DNA of 6,461 nt from Candidatus Aenigmatarchaeota archaeon (GCA_038998625.1 JAWADS010000018.1:1-6461), one strand, 5' to 3'. Numbered from the stretch's first letter, positions 1 to 6,087 are shown. The notes: generated from the letters alone by a model not told the origin. Numbers and translations are program-made.

Positions 1-946
1 TTATAAAATCATAAACTTTTATTAATACCGGCTTTTTAGGATAGTTGTACTTTTCTATAACTTTTTTAATAAAACTATTTTTTTTATAAAATTGAGGAGC
101 TGGATAATATTTTAAAGGATCAACCCTCAATGCTTGTTCTGCCAGTAATGGCATAGCAACTTTAATTTTTTCTAACATTATTTGAGTTATTTCTTTTTGT
201 GTTGATGGTATGTCTGGATGTTGCGAATCTCGAAAGAATTGAATAAAACCCTCTAGACTGCTCGCCACAATTATGTTGCTAGCCTGATATAAAGGAAATA
301 ATCCCCTACAAACTTCTGTTGATCGGGTTAAGGATTTTTCCTCCAAAGCTTCTTCTCTAGTTTTTTCATCATAATTTCGAATGTAGGAATTTTTTAATCT
401 ATCTCTCACCAAATCATAAACTTTCTCAAAAAGTTTTTCACGAAGATAGTTTAACTCTCCAAGCTTATTTTGAATTTTTATTTTCCATCTTTCCGGAATA
501 TTTCGTGGTAATGTAAAACCTCTTGCCCCTACTCTTCTTCCAGATTCTTGAAGAGGATTAATGAACTGATATGCACAAATCTGCAAAGTGAAGGCCCTTG
601 GCACATTTTTTAAAACAAATACAAGAGGGGGTAAATCAGGAATGGAAGCATGCCCCCTACCTACACTATCTTCCAATATTTTTCTCTCTTTCTTTTTTAC
701 ATAATCCAAAATTTTTATTTTATTATCATAAGTTTCGTCTTGTTCATTATATCTAAATTTGCTTATTCCTTTTTGAACTTGTTTTTTGAAAGCTTCTAGA
801 GGAGTGGAAGCTTCATAAGTCATTGTTGCTCCATATGCGCATAGCTCATCCGGGCCAAAGGAGAATTCCAAACCATCAATTAAAATAATATCATTAGGAG
901 CAAAATAAAAAGATTCAATATATGGTTCCAACAAATTAACTTGCAT
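1..946 (-). CDS. thyX: FAD-dependent thymidylate synthase (ThyX)-like protein, cut off at its 3' end by the window edge; probably the N-terminal degenerate domain of a tandem-domain ThyX
   Basis: Manual translation from ATG at 946 (MQVNLLEPYIESFYF...) is open for 315 codons to the window edge. ThyX-like motifs occur in order: SVGRGHASIPD (GHxSxxE), PRAFTLQICAYQFINPLQESGRRV (position of RHRxxSxxxxSxR) and EVCRGLFPLYQASNIIVASSLEGFIQFF (EdARxxLPxxxxTxxxxxxNxR-like). Confidence 0.7.
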   Translation of the reverse strand, partial: MQVNLLEPYIESFYFAPNDIILIDGLEFSFGPDELCAYGATMTYEASTPLEAFKKQVQKGISKFRYNEQDETYDNKIKILDYVKKKERKILEDSVGRGHASIPDLPPLVFVLKNVPRAFTLQICAYQFINPLQESGRRVGARGFTLPRNIPERWKIKIQNKLGELNYLREKLFEKVYDLVRDRLKNSYIRNYDEKTREEALEEKSLTRSTEVCRGLFPLYQASNIIVASSLEGFIQFFRDSQHPDIPSTQKEITQIMLEKIKVAMPLLAEQALRVDPLKYYPAPQFYKKNSFIKKVIEKYNYPKKPVLIKVYDFI

Positions 947-970
947 CTATTTTTAAATTGAATTAAAAAT

Positions 971-985
971 TTAAATAATTTTCAT
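971..985 (-). promoter_or_regulatory. Putative BRE/TATA promoter for the thyX-like gene (leaderless transcript)
   Basis: The minus strand reads GAAAA-TTATTTAA about 26-33 nt upstream of ATG 946, typical archaeal spacing. The AT-rich background lowers specificity. Confidence 0.4.
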
Positions 986-990
986 CAAGT

Positions 991-1008
991 TAAGAATTTT
1001 AATTCTTA
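991..1008. promoter_or_regulatory. Perfect inverted repeat TAAGAATT-TT-AATTCTTA overlapping the likely tRNA TATA box (TTTTAATT, 997-1004)
   Basis: 8-bp arms (991-998 and 1001-1008) with a 2-nt spacer, in the divergent thyX/tRNA intergenic region. Confidence 0.4.
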
Positions 1009-1037
1009 GTAAAAATAAAATATTATATTACTCCATT

Positions 1038-1128
1038 GCCCCGATAGCTCAGCTGGCTAGAGCACGTGCATGGTAAGCTGTAATAAAACTTACAAACGGG
1101 GTCGCGGGTTCGAATCCCGCTCGGGGCT
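1038..1128 (+). tRNA. tRNA-Thr(GGT), intron-containing, CCA not encoded
   Basis: Acceptor stem GCCCCGA/TCGGGGC; D stem GCTC/GAGC; anticodon stem CGTGC/GC^ACG with loop AT-GGT-AA; variable loop GGGTC; T arm GCGGG-TTCGAAT-CCCGC; discriminator U73, typical of archaeal tRNA-Thr. The mature length is 74 nt after removing 1079-1095. Confidence 0.95.
1079..1095 (+). other. 17-nt archaeal tRNA intron at position 40/41 with an hBHBh' splice motif
   Basis: Central 4-bp helix GTAA(1073-1076)/TTAC(1090-1093); 3-nt bulges GC^T (1077-1079) and AA^A (1094-1096); inner pairs GT/AC closing loop AATAAA; outer pairs G1072-C1097 and U1071.G1098. Confidence 0.88.
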
Positions 1129-1281
1129 TGGTAAAGGATTTAGACTCCTTCATATTTGGTTTATATAAGCGAGAAAATGAGGATGATGGCTTAAACATAT
1201 TTATTTTTTACGCAGGCTGAAGTGTTTAGTTAAGTTTGTAAATAAAAAAATAAAAAACTAGATTTTCTATAGAGATAAAAT

Positions 1282-1989
1282 ATGATAATAGCTGCAGTTA
1301 GTGATGTGCATACTCCAAGATATTTTGCTGAATTTGTTCTAGCTTTAGATAAAATGAATATAATCCCAGATTTGTTTTTGATAGCAGGAGATATGATTGA
1401 TAGGGGAGAAGTAAATGAATATGAAAAAATTTATAATGCTTTGTTTGGAAAGATAACCTGCCCTATTGTAGCTTGTTTTGGAAATCAAGAATATTCTCAA
1501 ATAAGAGAAGAATTAAAACAAAAATTTAAGGAAATAAGATTTTTGGACGATCAAAGCATAGTGGTAGAAGTTAGTGGAACTAAAGTTGGAATTTTTGGCA
1601 CTACTGGTTGTTTAGACACGCCAACAGGATGGCAAAAGGCAAATGTTCCCAATATAGAACAAATCTATCAAACAAGATATAATTTAGCTGACAAACAACT
1701 GCAAAGATTACCAGCTTCCTACAAAATTTTATTAATGCATTATGCCCCCACTTATAAAACTTTAGAGGGTGAAAATCCAAGGTTTTTCTCAACCCTGGGC
1801 TCCCAATATTTCGAAAATATTTTACTTAAAAGAAAACCAAATTTGGTAATTCATGGTCACAGCCATAGAGGCACAGCAATGGCATGGATTGATACTGTGC
1901 CTGTATTTAATGTTGCTTTTCTAGTTAATAGAAAAATTGTAATAATTGACACTGAAAAATTAAAGCCCGGGCTAGCTAAATTTGTTTAA
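1282..1989 (+). CDS. Calcineurin-like metallophosphoesterase (Icc/Mre11-like superfamily)
   Basis: All five metal-binding motifs are present in order: SDVH, AGDMID, FGNQE, LLMHYAP and IHGHSH; 235 aa. Confidence 0.9.
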   Translation: MIIAAVSDVHTPRYFAEFVLALDKMNIIPDLFLIAGDMIDRGEVNEYEKIYNALFGKITCPIVACFGNQEYSQIREELKQKFKEIRFLDDQSIVVEVSGTKVGIFGTTGCLDTPTGWQKANVPNIEQIYQTRYNLADKQLQRLPASYKILLMHYAPTYKTLEGENPRFFSTLGSQYFENILLKRKPNLVIHGHSHRGTAMAWIDTVPVFNVAFLVNRKIVIIDTEKLKPGLAKFV

Positions 1990-2036
1990 AAATATTTTCT
2001 ACTCATAAAATCTCGGAATAATTTTAAGAAAAGGTT

Positions 2037-2108
2037 GCCCTTACCCTGTGCTCCTGTTTTCATTACTAGCTTCAGCTAATGTTTGACAGGGGCTTTGGAG
2101 GTAAGGGC
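2037..2108. ncRNA. Unidentified structured RNA candidate (72-nt long hairpin)
   Basis: GC-rich island in an AT-rich spacer with nested stems: GCCCTTACC(2037-2045)/GGTAAGGGC(2100-2108), GCTCCTGT(2050-2057)/ACAGGGGC(2086-2093), CATT/AATG and an AGC-TTCA-GCT apex. Confidence 0.6.
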
Positions 2109-2121
2109 TAAAATATAATAT
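2109..2121 (+). promoter_or_regulatory. Putative BRE/TATA promoter for valS (leaderless)
   Basis: AAAA-TATATAAT, with the TATA (2114-2121) at -30 to -23 relative to ATG 2144; no SD precedes the ATG. Confidence 0.45.
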
Positions 2122-2143
2122 TTTTAAGAAATATTAAAAGATT

Positions 2144-4477
2144 ATGCTGTTCGAACCTAAGTTAACTGATAAAAAATGGGATATAAAAAATGAAAAAAAT
2201 ATTTTTCGCCTATGGCAAGAAAAAAAGGTATTTCGATTTAATATGAATACAAAAGCAGAAATATTCAGCATTGATACACCACCACCTTATCCCTCTGGAA
2301 GACCTTGGCACATTGGAGCTGCAGCCCACTATTCTCAAATAGATATGATAGCAAGAACTGCAAGAATGTTAGGGTTTGAAACTTATTTCCCTATAGGTAT
2401 AGATAGAAATGGCATACCTGTGGAAAGGTATACGGAAAAATTATATGGAATAAAACTTCAAGATACCCCAAGGGAAAAGTTTATTGAGCTTTGTAAAACT
2501 TCTTTAGATGATTTAGAAGCAGAGATGATTCAAATAATGAAGAACATGGGCTTATCAGGGGATTTTGATAATTATTATAGAACCGATTCAATAGAATATA
2601 GAACCTTAACTCAATCCACTTTTATAGAGCTCTGGAAAAAAGGTTTAATTTACGAGGCCACTAGACCCAATAATTTTTGTTATGATTGTGGTACAACAAT
2701 AGCAGATGCGGATGTGGTATATAAAGATTTGCCAACTCAATTAGTTTACATTAAATTTAAAATTAAAGGAAGTGAAGAGAGCATTGTAATTGCCACCACT
2801 CGACCAGAGCTTTTATGCTCTTGCCAAGCAGTAATAGCAAATCCTAGGGATGAAAGATATAAAAAATTCTTCAACAAGAAAGCAATAATTCCAATTTACC
2901 AACGAGAAGTTCCCATTATTCCTCATAGCTCTGCAGACCCCAATTTTGGAAGCGGTTTGGCAATGATTTGTAGCTATGGAGATTTAACAGACGTCAGACT
3001 TTTTAGAGAGCTAAAGTTAGATGAAATAATCGCTATAAATACACAAGGGAGACTCACAGAAGTTGCAGGAAAATATGCTGGATTAAAAGTTGAGGATGCT
3101 AGAAAAGCAATAATTGAAGATTTAGAAAAAGAGAAGTTAGTTGTAAAAAAAGAAAATATAGTGCATCACACCCCAGTTTGCGAAAGGAGTAATGTGCCTA
3201 TAGAAATTATTCCAATGAAAGAATTTTATCTGGACCAACTTAACTTCATACCAATTTTAAAAAAGATTCAAAAAAAAATAAAATTCCATCCAGAGAAGCA
3301 TAGGCAAAGGTTAATAGATTGGATGAATTCTTTAACCATAGATTGGCCTATCTCAAGAAGAAGATATTATGGCACTGAAATTCCCATATGGTATTGTGAA
3401 AATTGTAATGAGCCGCATTTACCAAAATCAGGAAGATATTATCAGCCTTGGAGGCAAAAGGCTCCATTTAAAAAATGCAAAAAATGTGGGAACAAAACTT
3501 TTATTGGTGAAACTCGAACTTTTGATACATGGTTCGATTCAAGCATTTCCCCCCTTTTTATTTCAAAATTTATGAAAGATAAAAGATTTTTCACAAAATT
3601 CTTTCCAACTTCTTTAAGACCACAGGGAAAAGACATAGTTAGAACTTGGCTTTATTACACATTACTAAGATGCTATCAGTTAACCAAAAAAATTCCTTGG
3701 GAACATGCTTGGATAATGGGTTATGGTGTGGATGAAAAAGGAGAAAAGATGAGCAAGAGCAAAGGAAATGTAATAGATCCTTTTCCGATTATAGAAAAAT
3801 ATGGCGCCGATGCCTTTAGATTTTGGTCTGCCCAAGAAGCAAGTTTAGGAGAAGATTTTCGATGCTCCGAGGAAAGAATAAAAAATTCAGGAAAATTTTT
3901 AACTAAATTATGGAACTTGGCAAGATTTATTTCTATGTTTCCTCAACCAAAAAAAGCAAAATTATTACCTAGCGACAAATGGATTTTAGCTGAATTAAAT
4001 AAAACTATAGCAGAAGCTCTGAAAGGATATGAAAATTTTAATTTTTTCATTCCTGCCACTAAAATGAGAGAATTCACGTGGAATGTTTTCGCAGATCATT
4101 ATATCGAGATGATTAAACCAAGAGCCTATGGTGATAGATTTAATAAAGCTGAACAACAAGCTGCATGGTTTACTCTACATACTTGTTTAAAAAATATTTT
4201 GGTTATATTGGCACCGATAATTCCTTTTATAACAGAATATATATGGCAAGCTCTTTACAGCAAAAAAAGCCTTCATTTGCAAAAGTTTCCAACAAAAATA
4301 AAAAGATCCAAAAATTTTGAAAGGCTAACCCCAAAAATTATTGAATTTAATTCAAAAGTTTGGAGCTTAAAGAAAAAAATGAGATTAACATTGAAAGATT
4401 CTATAGAAGCAAAAATACCTAAAGAATTAAAAATATTTGAAAAGGATTTGAGGGCTATGCATAACATTAAGCCTTAA
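2144..4477 (+). CDS. valS: Valine--tRNA ligase, archaeal type
   Basis: Class Ia motifs FSIDTPPPYPSG-x2-WHIGA (HIGH variant), editing domain ATTRPELL, DWPISRRRYYG, FDTWFDSS, RPQGKDIVRTW and KMSKSKGN; CxxC pairs; short C-terminus lacking the bacterial coiled coil; 777 aa. Confidence 0.96.
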   Translation: MLFEPKLTDKKWDIKNEKNIFRLWQEKKVFRFNMNTKAEIFSIDTPPPYPSGRPWHIGAAAHYSQIDMIARTARMLGFETYFPIGIDRNGIPVERYTEKLYGIKLQDTPREKFIELCKTSLDDLEAEMIQIMKNMGLSGDFDNYYRTDSIEYRTLTQSTFIELWKKGLIYEATRPNNFCYDCGTTIADADVVYKDLPTQLVYIKFKIKGSEESIVIATTRPELLCSCQAVIANPRDERYKKFFNKKAIIPIYQREVPIIPHSSADPNFGSGLAMICSYGDLTDVRLFRELKLDEIIAINTQGRLTEVAGKYAGLKVEDARKAIIEDLEKEKLVVKKENIVHHTPVCERSNVPIEIIPMKEFYLDQLNFIPILKKIQKKIKFHPEKHRQRLIDWMNSLTIDWPISRRRYYGTEIPIWYCENCNEPHLPKSGRYYQPWRQKAPFKKCKKCGNKTFIGETRTFDTWFDSSISPLFISKFMKDKRFFTKFFPTSLRPQGKDIVRTWLYYTLLRCYQLTKKIPWEHAWIMGYGVDEKGEKMSKSKGNVIDPFPIIEKYGADAFRFWSAQEASLGEDFRCSEERIKNSGKFLTKLWNLARFISMFPQPKKAKLLPSDKWILAELNKTIAEALKGYENFNFFIPATKMREFTWNVFADHYIEMIKPRAYGDRFNKAEQQAAWFTLHTCLKNILVILAPIIPFITEYIWQALYSKKSLHLQKFPTKIKRSKNFERLTPKIIEFNSKVWSLKKKMRLTLKDSIEAKIPKELKIFEKDLRAMHNIKP

Positions 4478-4478
4478 T

Positions 4479-4493
4479 CGGAAAATTTATTAA
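4479..4493 (+). promoter_or_regulatory. BRE/TATA promoter for the aRF1 transcript
   Basis: CGGAAAA-TTTATTAA directly after the valS stop predicts a start near 4516, just before ATG 4521. A second TTTATTAA lies at 4497-4504. Confidence 0.55.
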
Positions 4494-4520
4494 GGTTTTA
4501 TTAACTAAAATATAATCTCA

Positions 4521-4589
4521 ATGCGCAAAGATGAGAAGGATGTTGAATGTAGAGCAACTAAAAAGGAAAAAATTTTGATTTTTAGCTAG
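4521..4589 (+). other. Upstream mini-ORF in the aRF1 leader, MRKDEKDVECRATKKEKILIFS* (22 aa, TAG); an overlapping second uORF at 4531-4578 reads MRRMLNVEQLKRKKF* (TGA)
   Basis: These are the first ATGs downstream of the predicted promoter, and both are out of frame with aRF1. Translation is inferred, not shown. Confidence 0.4.
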
Positions 4590-4597
4590 GGGGATCT

Positions 4598-5686
4598 ATA
4601 TTTAGCGAAAAGGAACTTCTACAATTAAGAAAATTGTTGAAAGAATTGGAAAAAATTAAAGGTAGGCACACAGAGCTAGTCTCTGTTTACATCCCTAGCG
4701 GAGCAAATTTAATTGATGTAATAAATCAACTTCAAGAAGAGAAGGGCACTGCTAGCAATATTAAATCTAAAAACACTAGAAAAAATGTTCTCTCTGCTTT
4801 GGAAAAAATAATTCAGCATTTAAAAACCTTTAGACAAACTCCCCCTAATGGTTTGGTTGTTTTTTGCGGAAATGTTTCACCAGTAGAAGGAAAAGAAGAT
4901 ATAAAACTTTGGAGCATAGAACCTCCGGAAAGAATGAATGTAAAAATTTATTGGTGCGACCAAGTGTTTGTTCTCGAGCCTTTGCGAGATTTATTTAGAG
5001 AAAGGGATGTGTATGGTTTGGTGGTATTAGATGCTAGGGAAGCTAACATAGGTTTATTGAAAGGTAAAAGAATTATTTCGCTTAAACACTTGGAATCGAC
5101 TGTTCCTTCAAAAAGCGTGAAGGGTGGTATGTCACAAATGAGGTTTGATAGGTTAAGAGATGATGCAATAAATGAATTTTTAACTAAGGTTGGCGAGGTA
5201 TCTAATCAAAACTTTCTCAATCAGAGAGATCTGAAAGGTATATTAGTAGGCGGCCCAGGTCCAATTAAGGATCGTTTTGCTAAAGAAGATTACTTAAATT
5301 ATCAGCTTAAGAAAAAAATTTTGGCAGTTAAAGATACTGGCTACACAGGAGAAGCAGGTTTGGAAGAATTGGTAAAAAGGAGTGAAGACATAATAAAAGA
5401 AACTGCTCTAGCTAAAGAAAGGGAATTACTTTCTAAATTTTTCAAAGAAATAAAAGAAGAGGGAAATGTTGTTTATGGTAAAGAAAAGGTTATGCAAGTG
5501 TTAGAAACTGGTGTGGCTGAAATATTGCTAATATCAGAAGAATTTGAAGGGGATTTGGAAGAAATCATAACTAAAGCCGAAAATTATGGAGCAAGAACTG
5601 AAATTATTTCTACAGATACTCAAGAGGGGAGACAGTTTTTGAAACTAGGGGGAATAGCAGCTTTTCTAAGACACAAATTAAGTTAA
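4598..5686 (+). CDS. prf1: Peptide chain release factor aRF1 (eRF1 family), GGMSQ variant; true start uncertain (ATA 4598, TTG 4634 or a recoded entry)
   Basis: KGRHTELVSVYIP, TASNIKS, YWCDQVF (YxCxxxF), GGPG, GLEELV and C-terminal LGGIAAFLR. The frame is open back to TAG 4583-4585, and SEKELLQLRKLLKEL upstream of the called TTG resembles the usual aRF1 first helix. SD-like AGGGGGATC lies at 4588-4596. Confidence 0.93.
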   Translation: MFSEKELLQLRKLLKELEKIKGRHTELVSVYIPSGANLIDVINQLQEEKGTASNIKSKNTRKNVLSALEKIIQHLKTFRQTPPNGLVVFCGNVSPVEGKEDIKLWSIEPPERMNVKIYWCDQVFVLEPLRDLFRERDVYGLVVLDAREANIGLLKGKRIISLKHLESTVPSKSVKGGMSQMRFDRLRDDAINEFLTKVGEVSNQNFLNQRDLKGILVGGPGPIKDRFAKEDYLNYQLKKKILAVKDTGYTGEAGLEELVKRSEDIIKETALAKERELLSKFFKEIKEEGNVVYGKEKVMQVLETGVAEILLISEEFEGDLEEIITKAENYGARTEIISTDTQEGRQFLKLGGIAAFLRHKLS

Positions 5687-5691
5687 ATAAA

Positions 5692-6087
5692 TTATTCTTT
5701 TTGTTTTTCACTAATTAAAATTGCATTGACAACTCCATCTTGCCCTGGCCGAGAGGTAACCTTTGCATTTCCTAATTCTGTTTTAATAATCGCGCCTCTA
5801 GTAATAATTTTTCTTCTCACAAAATGTGGATTAGCTGGATTTTCTATTACATCTAGAATTTTTACTTTCTTCACAACTTTATTGGCAGTATCAATAACAT
5901 TAGCATATTCACAAGCATAAGCTTTTAATTTTTTTCCTCCACCCTTCGTTCTTTTTAAAACTTTTTTATCTTTTCCAAGTTTTGTATATATAGGTAAACT
6001 ACCCAGTTCATATTTCCTTTTTTTCCTAGCCAATTTGATTATCCCGCCTGTAGCTTTTCTTCCTTTTTCACCGTGCCATACGGCCAT
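5692..6087 (-). CDS. rps8e: 30S ribosomal protein S8e
   Basis: MAVWHG..RKATGG..RKKRKYELG, RTKGG, ENPANPHFVRRKIITRGAII and VTSRPGQDGVVNA; SD-like AGTGA 4 nt before the ATG. Confidence 0.97.
   Translation of the reverse strand: MAVWHGEKGRKATGGIIKLARKKRKYELGSLPIYTKLGKDKKVLKRTKGGGKKLKAYACEYANVIDTANKVVKKVKILDVIENPANPHFVRRKIITRGAIIKTELGNAKVTSRPGQDGVVNAILISEKQKE

Noticed and set aside
1601..1792. 63-aa minus-strand ORF
   Set aside because: Antisense shadow inside the metallophosphoesterase gene, with no recognisable motifs.
2037..2045. GCCCTTAC resembles a tRNA-Val(TAC) anticodon arm, and CTTACC is complementary to the tRNA-Thr anticodon loop (T-box or tRNA-mimic idea)
   Set aside because: The matches are only 6-8 nt and are locked in the terminal stem, there is no T-box consensus, and valS seems to be transcribed from a promoter downstream of the hairpin.
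2050..2093. Hammerhead-like words on the minus strand of the hairpin (GUC, CUGAAG, GAAA)
   Set aside because: The core reads CUGAAGC rather than CUGANGA, stems I and II cannot form, and there is an extra A before stem III.
3369..4467. Short ORFs 3369-3575 (+), 3442-3636 (-) and 4273-4467 (-)
   Set aside because: All lie within valS in other frames or on the opposite strand; consistent with chance.
4559..4585. Stop-codon reassignment (TAG read as sense) as an explanation of the missing aRF1 start
   Set aside because: Reading through TAG 4583 only extends the frame to TAA 4559 with no ATG, and no other gene in the window has an in-frame TAG or TGA.
4535..4622. BHB-type mRNA intron in the aRF1 5' region
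   Set aside because: I tried several registers by eye and found no 4-bp helix flanked by two correctly placed 3-nt bulges.
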